The notes under the pieces: generated by a model | Database searches by the model: none | Told to the model about the DNA's origin: nothing | The model's input: the letters and a program-made list of their open reading frames with translations, nothing else | Assembly: GCF_018350175.1 (NCBI RefSeq) | Contig: NC_058368.1 | Span: forward strand, 115,382,001-115,446,000 | Source: Felis catus | Taxonomy: Eukaryota | Direction of reading: 5' to 3' | Length of the DNA stretch: 64,000 nt | Position numbers and translations under genes: made by a program | Part shown: piece by piece, positions 13,551 through 24,239 of the stretch | How the letters are laid out: the number at the start of each line of letters is the position of its first letter | Numbering within the stretch: position 1 is the stretch's first letter

Positions 13551-16112
13551 AATCATAAATTTTATGGTATTTGAACTATATACCCAATTTTTTAAAAAAT
13601 ATTTATTTTTGAGAGAAAGAGAGAGCATGAGCAGGGGAGGGCCAGAGAGAGAGAGGGAGACACAGAATCAGAAGTAGACTCCAGGCTCTGAGCTGTCAGC
13701 ACAGAGCCCAATGCAGAGCTTGAACTCACAATCTATGGATCATGACCTGAGCCAAAGTCAGATGTATAACTGACTATGCCACCCAGGCGCCCCCCCCCCC
13801 CACCAATTTTTTTTAATAAGCTCTATACCTAGCATGGGGCTTGAACTCAGGACCCCAAGATTAAGAGTCACATGCTATATGAACTGAGCCAACTAGGTGA
13901 TCCTATACGCAGTTGTTGGTTTGGTTTTTTTTTAATGTTTACTTTTTGAGAGAGAGAGTGTGAGTTGGGGAGGGGCAGAGAGAGAGAGGGAGACACAGAA
14001 TCTGAAACAGACTCCAGGCTCCAAGTTGTAAGCACAGAGCCCAGCATGGGGCTCGAACCCACGAATCATGAGTTCATGACCTGAGCTGGAGTTGGACACT
14101 CAACCGACTCAGCCACCCAAGCACCCCATCCTATACCCAGTTTTTAAAAACAGCAGAACATGCAGAGGATCCAGTATAAAGAATGTGGTCCAAGAAGGGT
14201 CAAGAACAAGTCATAGAAAAAAATTTAAAATTTGATACATCACGTTATATTAGAATACCTTATGTTCAATAATTGTAAGTCGTCAACATTCTGAAAGAAA
14301 ATGATCCTTACCCCTCTGGCTTTCACCTGGCTGGCTGTAACCAGAAATTTGGTCAGCAGTTGTTCCTTCCCTCAGCTGTCTAAGATACAAGATTAGTGTT
14401 TGGGCTCCAGTTTGTTCTTTTTGGTTTCAGTTATGATTTGTTTCCCAAATATTGCTTAATAAAATAATTTTATTTAGTCCTTTATGGACTCTTTCTCTAG
14501 GATTTATGCCAAAGCCACAGCTTGTTTGATGAAGTGATAATGAGCAAAAAAGCTGACCTAGAGCCTTGTCAAATACAGAGATTGGTCCCTTTTTGCTAAG
14601 CACTGTTGATATTTTCTTTGTTTACTGGTAGGCATCAAAGAGAGAGGGGAGTCCTTTGGGATTCTCAGACTATAGAATTTCCTGAGGCACATTTTTCATG
14701 GTTTACAATAAGCTTGTGCTCATAAATTGAATGGACTTTAAAAAAAAAATAGATTGCCTTTACATGTAGATATAATTTGATTACAGAGGCATATTTATTT
14801 AAATTTTTTTAAAGAGACATTTTATTTTTTTAATGTTTATTTTTGAGAGAGAGAGAGAGAGCACAAGCAGGAGAGGGGCAGAAAGAGAGGAAGACCTAGA
14901 ATCAGAAGCAGGCTTGAGGCCCTGAGCTGTCAGCACAGAGCCCAGTGCGGGGCTTGAACTCACAAGATTGTGAGATCATGACCTGAGCCGAAGTTGGATG
15001 CTTAACTGACTGTGCCACCCAGGTGCCCCTGTTTTGCTATTTTTTTGAGAGCACATGCATGCAAGTCGGGGAGAGGTCAATAGAGGGGGTGACAGAGGAT
15101 CCAAAGCAGGCTCTGCGCTGACAACAGACAGCCCAGTGTGGGGCTCAAACTCACAACCCTGAGATCAAGAGTCACATGCTTTACTGACTAAACTAGCCAG
15201 GTGCCCCTTTCTTAGATTCCTTTTATGGACTTAACCTTAAGAGTACGTATGTATAATGAAAACTCATACTATTCATATAATGTGAATTTAGTCTCTTAAG
15301 CTGGGGCTGGGGTGTTTATATCCTGAAACACACAGGTATTTTCTGAAATACTGAATACTACTGACAGTAGCATCATGGTAGTGACATCTGTATTTGTTAA
15401 GAGGTCCTCAAATATAAGTTACTAAGAACTGCTGCCCTAGTTATTTATTATTGTATACATGTGAAAGAGAAGCAGAGACAGACTGAGATTTATGTGCTAA
15501 GGTGTGGGTAGAATGAAAATAATAGAAGGCACTATAAAAGCAGACAGGACAGAAAACAGAGAATGAATATCTTTGATAAAAAAGTTTAAAAATAATGAAT
15601 TAGGACTGGCAATACATACAGAGCAAGGAAAAAACTATTTGTGGTAGGATGTTTTAGTTTTTAGTGTTTTTCTTGATTATAACTGGAGTAAGAACACCTG
15701 AAGTTTTTTAAACTCTATTCTCATATTAGGTATGCTGATTTCTTCCTTTGGCACAGGTCACGCTGCTGTTTGAATTTATGTACAAGTGACTCATGTAAAC
15801 TCATTTTTAGCAATTTCATACTTAATGAATTGGTAGAATATTGTAGAATCTGACCCTTAAGTTTCACACTTTTAGCCAGCAGTGTATCAACTGGTTTAGA
15901 TCATGTTATCATTTAATGAATAGTATATAAGAAACCCAGTCTACTGTATTAGATATTGTTGTGTTTTTACTCACATAGAAAGAGATTAGATGCTTGAACT
16001 AGTTGGAGTCTGGTAGTCCTTTGTGGCTGTGCACCTGCTTGCTGTTGCTTTGAAGGTGGGTGAGTCTATAGCCCCGGGAAGGAAGAAGTCATAAAAGCTG
16101 ACTTATCCATAA

Positions 16113-16553
<441 letters not shown>

Positions 16554-16644
16554 ATGCTGAGGTTAATATTAATAATAAAACCTCCTGCTTCCCAAAGTAA
16601 CGTTTTCTTGATGTACCCTTTGCTGTGAATCTGGTGTTCTGTCA

Positions 16645-17020
16645 TACTTCTTTCTTTCTTTCTTCTTTTTTTTTTTTTTTAATTTTTTTTTAATTTTTTT
16701 TTTTTTTTTTTTTTTTTTTACGTTTATTTATTTTTGAGACAGAGAGAGACAGGGCATGAACGGAGGAGGGTCAGAGAGAGAGAGGGAGACACAGAATCTG
16801 AAGCAGGCTCCAGGCTCTGAGCTGTGAGCACAGAGCCCGACGCGGGGCTTGAACTCACGAACTGCAAGATCATGACCTGAGCTGAAGTCGGACGCTTAAC
16901 CGACTGAGCCACCCAGGCGCCCCTCTTTTTTTTTTAATAAAGTTGTTTGTTTTTGTTTTGTTTTGGAAAGAGAAAACGGGAGGGGCAGGGAGAGGGGGAA
17001 CAGAGGATCCGAAGCGGGCT
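16645..17020 (-). mobile_element. Young SINEC_Fc (about 16645-16923) plus a SINE fragment, inserted into the BEX5-like 3'UTR
   Basis: Long poly-T and a near-consensus SINE body; BEX5-like UTR resumes at about 17021. Confidence 0.88.
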
Positions 17021-17188
17021 GTCGTTTTTCTTTTTGGATATTTCATTTTGAGTTAGTCTGGAAGTTTTTCTGTCAACAGGGGAGTTTCAGAAACTTGCAT
17101 GGAAAAGTTTATTACATACTGTGAAGGTAGTAAAGCAGTTTAAAAAGCAGTCTGTAGATAAACTCTCTCATTTAAAAGCATGCATATT

Positions 17189-17293
17189 GGGGCACCTGAG
17201 TGGCTCAGTCACTTAACCATCCAACTGTTGACAGTTGTGAGATGGAGCCCAAAGTTGGGCTCAGCACGGAGTGTGGAACCTGCTTGGGATTCA

Positions 17294-17338
<45 letters not shown>

Positions 17339-17519
17339 AACAAACTTTAAAAATAGATGCACCTGGGTGGCTCTGTCAGTTGAGAGTTCATCTCTTGGTT
17401 TCAGCTCAGGTCATGGGATTGAGCCCCTTGCTTAAGATTCTCTCTCTTCCTCTCTCTCTCTGCCCCTTTCCCCAGCTTGTGCTCTCTTTCTAAAAAAAAA
17501 AAAGAAGAAGAAGAAGAAT

Positions 17520-17566
<47 letters not shown>

Positions 17567-18003
17567 ATATATGAGATTACTTGGCTTGAAAATCATTGTA
17601 CAGTGGACAGATCCAGACATGGAGAAATTCGACATGTACCCAGAGATACAAAGCAAATAGAGAGTGTGCTATGAAGTCTAGAGATCCACAGCATTCTTTA
17701 CCTTGGGACTGAGGAACTAAGAGGTTATTAAAAGTCTGTTTTCATTTGCAATCTCTGAGCTTTTTATTTTATTTTATTTTATCTTATTTTATTTTATTTT
17801 AATGTTTATTTATTTTTGAGACAGAGAGAGACAGAGCATGAGTGGGGGAGGGGCAGAGAGAGAGGGAGACACAGAATCGGAAGCAGGCTCCAGGCTCTGA
17901 GCCATCAGCCCAGAGCCTGACGCGGGGCTCGAACTCACGAGCCGCGAGATCGTGACCTGAGCCAAGGTTGGACGCTCAACCGACTGAGCCACCCAGGCGC
18001 CCC
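17189..18003. mobile_element. SINEs upstream of PAIP2 exon 2: 17189-17350 (+), 17357-17515 (+), 17760-18003 (-, near-consensus)
   Basis: SINE heads and tails; (CA)n at 17522-17564 between them. Confidence 0.88.
17522..17564. repeat. (CA)n microsatellite
   Basis: Perfect CA run. Confidence 0.95.
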
Positions 18004-18397
18004 TCTCTGAGCTTTTTAATATCACCTGTTAAAAGTAGAATTTGCTTTTCATAAAGTCACTTGATTTAGATCTTCCAGACCATGCTTGTTTTATAAAGCA
18101 AGAGATATCCAGTATTTAAAAAATTGGTTGATTTGGGAATTACGTTCAAGCTGTTGATTACCGTCATTTGCTGTTACCAGACAGCACTAGATGAATCTAG
18201 GCTATTCTCAGCAATTTCTTAAATATTGAGATCATTTGAGAAAAAAAAAAAAAATGAAACTTTCCACTTGCTTGGTTTATCATGTGCCTTAATACATCAT
18301 GTGCATGTAATACCTAACCACGATTCCTGGAGATAATAGCTGCTCACTATGAACCGAAAGAATGACTAACACAATTAACTATTGTTTTTCTTTTAAG

Positions 18398-18561
18398 GTT
18401 AAAAACGACNNNNNNNNNNNNNNNNNNNNNNNNNNNNNNNNNNNNNNNNNNNNNNNNNNNNNNNNNNNNNNNNNNNNNNNNNNNNNNNNNNNNNNNNNNN
18501 NNNNNNNNNNNNNNNNNNNNNNNNNNNNNNNNNNNNNNNNNNNNNNNNNNNNNNNNNACAA
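18398..18561 (+). CDS. PAIP2: PAIP2 exon 2 (short 5'UTR plus first coding segment; mostly masked by N 18410-18557)
   Basis: Acceptor ttttaag|GTTAAAAACGAC at 18398 and ...ACAA|gttagt donor at 18561/18562 define a 164-nt exon. This matches PAIP2 exon 2 as I recall it (ending ...FNRQ). The ATG is inferred near 18424, inside the gap. Confidence 0.8.
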
Positions 18562-18699
18562 GTTAGTTTTATGTACAAACATACTCTCTCTCTTGTAGCC
18601 CATAACAGCCCTCAGTACTTGACCCTGAAGCGTGTTTTATTTCGTCCCTTATATATGAAATATATGGATTAATGTGCCACTACTCCTCTTTTATTTGGA

Positions 18700-19000
18700 T
18701 GCTAATTACTACCAGGTTTATCTGCTCACTGAAATAATTTAGGGAGGTTTTTTCAGCATTCCACCCCAGATACTCTTATTCAGGAGGACTAGGGTAGAGC
18801 CTAGGAAACTTGTTTTTTAAAAGCTCCAAGATGGGGTGCAACTAGATGGTTTATTTGGTGGATCATGCGACTCTTGATCTCACGGTTGTGAGTTCGAGCC
18901 CCATATTGGGTGTAGAGATTACTTGAAAATAAAACTTAAAAAAATAAAGTTGGTTCCAGTGTACAGTTAGGTTTGGAATCCATTGCCATGCACCAATCAG
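18700..19000. mobile_element. MER5A-like element split by a short SINE (18833-18945, +) in PAIP2 intron 2
   Basis: CCACCCCAGA...TTCAGGAGGACTAGGGTAGAGCCTAGGAAACTTGTTTTTTAAAAGCTCC, resuming after the SINE. Confidence 0.5.
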
Positions 19001-19619
19001 ATTGCTGTTAAAAGAGTAGAAAGCAGGAGGAGATAGTCCTAGCTACTAGGGTACAGAATTGTGTTGTGTTTCACCTGAGGTTCTCAATCTGATGAGCCTG
19101 AAAATCTGCCACCACTGTTCTCTTTAGAGAATGCTCAGACATTGATGAATGTTGTCTTTTATTTCCATATTTCTGGCATCTGTTCCCATCTTTTGTCTAG
19201 TTCCTCCCTGATCATGGCTTTGGTAATCAGTAGTCATCTGGATTTCACCATATCCAGTAATGGATATTCTAGAGTAAAACAGTGTAGTCTTAATTCAGTG
19301 AGAATCATTTGGGCTGTTTTTGTTAGTTTGGATTTGTTTTTAATTACCCATGCCTTGACCCTACCCTGTACAGAATTTTAGTCATTTTTGGTTGGGTTTA
19401 GGGTTTTCGCAGTTGTAAAGTATCACAGGTAATTCCAATAGGCATTCCTCAATGAAAGCACTCCTTTATTTAATACTTCCCCACTTTCTGCTACGACACA
19501 TAAAGACAGCAAAACCTTAAACAGATCCTCCCTAGTCTTACAGTAAACGTTTTTTTTTTTTTTCTTGGCACAGGAGCAGAGAAGAAGGTTAAAATAGTGT
19601 GTTTTTAAATGCTTTAAAT

Positions 19620-19650
19620 TGCTTTTTTTTTTGTTTCTGGTTTTTTTTTG

Positions 19651-19681
<31 letters not shown>

Positions 19682-19862
19682 GAGAGAGGGAGCATGCACA
19701 TGAGCTGGTGAGGGGCAGAGGAAGAGAGAGAATCCTAACTTAAGCAGGCTCCACGTCCAGCACGGAGCCCAGTGCAGAGAGCTCAGTCCTACAACCCTGG
19801 GATCATGACCTGAGCCAAAATCAAGAGTTGGGTGCTCAGCCAACTGAGCCACCCAGGCACAC
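19620..19862 (-). mobile_element. Can-SINE in PAIP2 intron 2
   Basis: Poly-T followed by the reverse SINE body, ending GAGCCACCCAGGCACACC. Confidence 0.85.
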
Positions 19863-19954
19863 CTTAAATGCCTTAATTCAGGATACTTTAAATCATTCCT
19901 AGTGACACATTACCAAGTGTGCTATCAGTGATGCTTTATTTATTATAAATCCAG

Positions 19955-20134
19955 ATAGAAGAGGAGTTATGGGAAGAAGAATTTATTGAACGCTGTTTCC
20001 AAGAAATGCTGGAAGAAGAAGAGGANNNNNNNNNNNNNNNNNNNNNNNNNNNNNNNNNNNNNNNNNNNNNNNNNNNNNNNNNNNNNNNNNNNNNNNNNNN
20101 NNNNNNNNNNNNNNNNNNNNNNNNNNNNNNNNNN
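19955..20134 (+). CDS. PAIP2: PAIP2 exon 3 (acidic PAM1 region); 3' part masked and end coordinate inferred
   Basis: ccag|ATA GAA... translates IEEELWEEEFIERCFQEMLEEEE (19955-20025), the PAIP2 PAM1 sequence. The end assumes a 180-nt exon. Confidence 0.88.
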
Positions 20135-21499
20135 NNNNNNNNNNNNNNNNNNNNNNNNNNNNNNNNNNNNNNNTCTTTCCCTTAAGTGGAAAAGCCAGCA
20201 GTATCTGTTTAACAAGAGTTCTACATTTCTTCCCCTTCAGAAATTGTACTGCTTCTTTCTATGGAAGCAGGGGCCTCTCAGTCTCACTTATGACTTAGAG
20301 TGACTTCTGGCAACACTCTGGAGCTAGTCTGAGACTGCTAACAGACTTCTTGCCACTACTTTTAGTTTTGATAACTATATTACCCTAGGATATGTAAATA
20401 TCTTAAAGCTTTAATCCAAAAGAAGTATATGGTATGTCCATGTGACTTGCCTATACAAAAGTAGCTTGATGAAGAAGTTTTGCTCATTAATTTTTTCTTA
20501 AACATTTGGCGAAATTTGCACATTTTTATCTGAAAGGTGAAAATTTGGAGATTTTTTTTTTTCCTGCCCCAAGATTTTCATTGAGTTACCCTAACTCCAT
20601 TTGGAACTGGGATTTAATATGGACTTTTACAAGCTCTTGGCAGAAAAGGAACAAAAACCTATTTACATTTTTACCTACTCTGTATGTCTCATTGCTGGGG
20701 ACGGTAGGTACATTTGCAGTAAATTTTTTCAGGAATTAAGATAAATAGGCATCAGTGCTAGACTAGAACATGATGAATCGTTTGAATCGTTTGCTAAAAT
20801 TAAGATAAAATGATCTAAAGTCACAATGGTGACCTTTCTGTCCATATTGACAGTCTCTACTTGCTTTTACAATATAGTTCTCTGGGATTTACTCCTAGAC
20901 TCACAAATATTTTTTGCAATTATTTTTTTTTCACTGTGCATTGATTTCCTAACCTGGCGATATATCATAATTACCTGTGAAGGATTAAAACCAAAAATAA
21001 GTCTCTTAGCTAGATCCCAGACTTGCAAACCAGTTGTCTAGGCATAAAAAGCACTCCTAGGGCATACTGCCAGCCTGCCCCATCAGGCATTTGAGAACCA
21101 TTCTTCTAAAGGGCTGTATGGAGAACACTGAAATTTACATTGTAGTACAGATTTGTTGTAGTAAATGACAACCCAGTTGAGCAGATGTGTGATCTCAATA
21201 GTATGTTGTGATATGCTTGCTTATGACTACATTAGTCATTCCACAAATAATCCTGGTTGCTCTGATGAGTGAAGTCCTTTGCTGGTCATAATGTATAACT
21301 TTAATCTGGACCCAATACAATTTCATTGTCTAGAAACTGGCTTGTTCTTCTTGGTCTATTTGAGATTGTTCTTGAATGTGCAATGCTTTTTTTAATTTAA
21401 ACTTCACACTTTTAAAGTTTAGATAGATTTCCTTGAGAGAAGTGAGAGTATGTCCTGTCCAAGGAAATGGCTGTGTATAAATTATAAAATTAATATTAA

Positions 21500-21897
21500 A
21501 TTGTTGCTTCAAGATGTTATTTAATATACTTTGGTCATGAAGTAAGTGGCATAGGGGGATCATATTCAATCTAAAAGCCTACCAGTATTCTGACATTTCA
21601 GGCCCTGTAATACATCTTGATTTCTTTTCATCTTTATCAACTATGGTGGAAGCAGATTTCCACCTATTGTGGAATGTCTGACATATCTGCTTAGGAAAGT
21701 CAAGATTTAGAGATCTAGAATACTGGCTCTTAAAGACTTTGGCCCATTCTTCCTCTAACTGATGCAGAAATAGGGTTTCAAAGAGAGTGACTTATCCAGG
21801 CTTTCATAGGAAGTTAGTTTAGAGCAGAGCTGGAATTCCATCTTAGGGTCTTCTCATTCCCCATGTAGTTTTCTTTTCCTTTTACAAACCTTGCTTC
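21500..21897 (-). other. SLC23A1: SLC23A1 non-coding terminal exon 15 (3'UTR), inside PAIP2 intron 3
   Basis: Minus-strand acceptor ctacag|GAAGCAAGG at 21897 and ATTAAA at 21520-21525 (minus). The sequence resembles the SLC23A1 3'UTR as I recall it (GGAAAAGAAAACTACATGGGGAA..., GGGCCAAAGTC, GGGCCTGAAATGT). Exon 14 has a donor GAAAG|gtagga at 26689/26688, 19 nt after the stop. Confidence 0.78.
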
Positions 21898-22202
21898 CTG
21901 TAGTAATTAGAATACAGCAGTTTTAGAAAGACAACTCTATATTTTCAATGAGGATCATAAGCAAAATTAATCCATAAACAATTCCCCAATCCACTTTAAT
22001 CATCATTTCAATACTTGTTTAATATTTTTGCATAGTATGAATCTGTTAAAATCAAATATTATAGTTAAATGAACAGAATTCCTTATTCAGTGACACCTTT
22101 TTAGTTTGTGTGTAGATAGTGGGTTTCTGATTACACTTAAGCAAATTTAATTTCAATTTTTACTTTCTCTTTAGAAGGCTATAAGTTTTCACATATTATG
22201 TA

Positions 22203-22205
<3 letters not shown>

Positions 22206-22250
<45 letters not shown>
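22206..22250. repeat. (TA)n microsatellite just upstream of PAIP2 exon 4
   Basis: About 22 perfect TA units. Confidence 0.95.
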
Positions 22251-22253
<3 letters not shown>

Positions 22254-22449
22254 GCATACATAATATACATAGTTTACTTCTGGTTCCTTCTTTCCCTTCT
22301 ATAGATAAGATTTTTTGGGTTAAGTTTAACCATACAATCTGAGTTCTTTTGTCTTACGTTTTTTGGAAGATATTTTTACATGTGGATCTGGGTTGAATGC
22401 TTTTGAGTATCTGAAGCCATCTGTTAATGAACTTGATTTTTTATGNNNN

Positions 22450-23480
22450 NNNNNNNNNNNNNNNNNNNNNNNNNNNNNNNNNNNNNNNNNNNNNNNNNNN
22501 NNNNNNNNNNNNNNNNNNNNNNNNNNNNNNNNNNNNNNNNNNNNNNNNNNNNNNNNNNNNNNNNNNNNNNNNNNNNNNNNNNNNNNNNNNNNNNNNNNNN
22601 NNNNNNNNNNNNNNNNNNNNNNNNNNNNNNNNNNNNNNNNNNNNNNNNNNNNNNNNNNNNNNNNNNNNNNNNNNNNNNNNNNNNNNNNNNNNNNNNNNNN
22701 NNNNNNNNNNNNNNNNNNNNNNNNNNNNNNNNNNNNNNNNNNNNNNNNNNNNNNNNNNNNNNAAGCACCAGTCAAGATGTAACAAAGCGCCAAATTAAAA
22801 TGACCTCTAAATCTTCGTGAATTGCCTTTTTTGAGGCTAAACTGGTCCCTGAGCGTTAGCTAACCGTTGTTAATGTCCAAACTTTTTTTTTTTTTAAACG
22901 AGTAAATTTAAGTTCAAGTTATTAGGCAGATTTCTCAGTTCAGACTTACTAAATTTGCATTTGTCACTATCAAGAAGAATTTCCTTTTTCTGAAGAAGGC
23001 CTTGTTAATTAATTTGAAACAATTCATTATAGACAAGTAAGTCTTTGGTTACTGAGTTTATAAGGTAATGCTCATGATGAGAACTAACCCTGGCTTTTAT
23101 GGTATGTTATCACGTAAGAAATGTGAATCCTCCTAGTGTTAGATCTGAGGATCTAGATCTGAGTGCATCTTCTCAGGTGTCACTGCATCATAGCCATGCC
23201 TATGTGAAGTGCAACATTTGACCCACCATAATCCAATTGAACAAAGAAATTGTAACATGATTTGAGTGGTGCTTTTCCTTGCTTTGTTAACCATCACTAC
23301 AATGGTCTGCAGNNNNNNNNNNNNNNNNNNNNNNNNNNNNNNNNNNNNNNNNNNNNNNNNNNNNNNNNNNNNNNNNNNNNNNNNNNNNNNNNNNNNNNNN
23401 NNNNNNNNNNNNNNNNNNNNNNNNNNNNNNNNNNNNNNNNNNNNNNNNNNNNNNNNNNNNNNNNNNNNNNNNNNNNNNNN
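22450..23480 (+). other. PAIP2: PAIP2 terminal exon 4 (PAM2-coding part hidden in gap 22446-22762; 3'UTR visible 22763-23312; poly(A) site probably in gap 23313-23492)
   Basis: The visible sequence (AAGCACCAGTCAAG..., ...GAGTGGTGCTTTTCCTTGCTTTGTTAACCATCAC) resembles the PAIP2 3'UTR as I recall it. Both boundaries are approximate. Confidence 0.7.
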
Positions 23481-24239
23481 NNNNNNNNNNNNGTGTTTAT
23501 TGGTGCTTGAGTGCAGACTCTCCTGTGGTGATTGATACTCACTGTATTGTGGGTTCAGTACTTCAGGACAACCCTACTGGCAAGAATTGCTAAGAGAGCA
23601 GGCTTTATTAAATTCCATAGTGTCAAGTGTGTCATTACGCATGTATCTGTCCAAAATGTAGCAGTAAAACAAACCTGATCTCCCCTTCTGTAAGCCACTG
23701 TGATTACCTCAGGCTGCAGTCAGTGTCAGGGCAGTTATGGATGTCCACCCTAAGAAGGTTTTTGGCTAACCAGTGTAATGGTAACCTTACTCTAGTATAA
23801 TCTCCATTGGCTTCTGCCCTTCACAAGCCGTTGCTGGTCTGATTGGACTGGTTTGCTATTTTGGTTCACCTGGACCATCCCTGTTTTCCCCTCACAAACT
23901 TATTTATATGTTTGTTCCTGAGGTGAAGTATTAAAGGAGTTTGTTCCTGGGGTGAAGTACTTTATTTTGGGATAATCGTTATCTTGGGACAGGCTGTCAA
24001 CCAACTAGCAATTCCCTGGTTCTACATACAGTTGTACCTTATGGTCCTACTCAGTTATGCTTTTCTTGAGTTTGTTGGGCTCAGAATTGAGAAGGCCATA
24101 TAGTCAGTCTGGTTCACATTCTTTGTGGAGGATCCTTTGGTGTGCCCAAATGCCCCAGTGTTTTTTAATAGCTACCTTAAAAGACAATAAACAAGTAGGT
24201 TGTTGTTTTTTTGTGGTTTGTGGTTTTTTTGTAATCTCA

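Larger units (their letters stand above)
6815..15210. mobile_element. Dense Can-SINE cluster in PAIP2 intron 1. Approximate starts: minus 6815, 8130, 8780, 10420, 11060, 11460, 11660, 12745, 13595, 13810, 13925, 14820, 15040; plus 10857, 12215, 12344
   Basis: Repeated GAGCCACCCAGG(C/T)GCCCC reverse heads and GGGGCACCTGGGTGGCTCAG forward heads. Confidence 0.9.

Noticed and set aside
14490-14635. Possible cassette exon in PAIP2 intron 1 (ctttctctag| ... ctg|gtaggc)
   Set aside because: Splice-like dinucleotides only, with no supporting homology or expression evidence.
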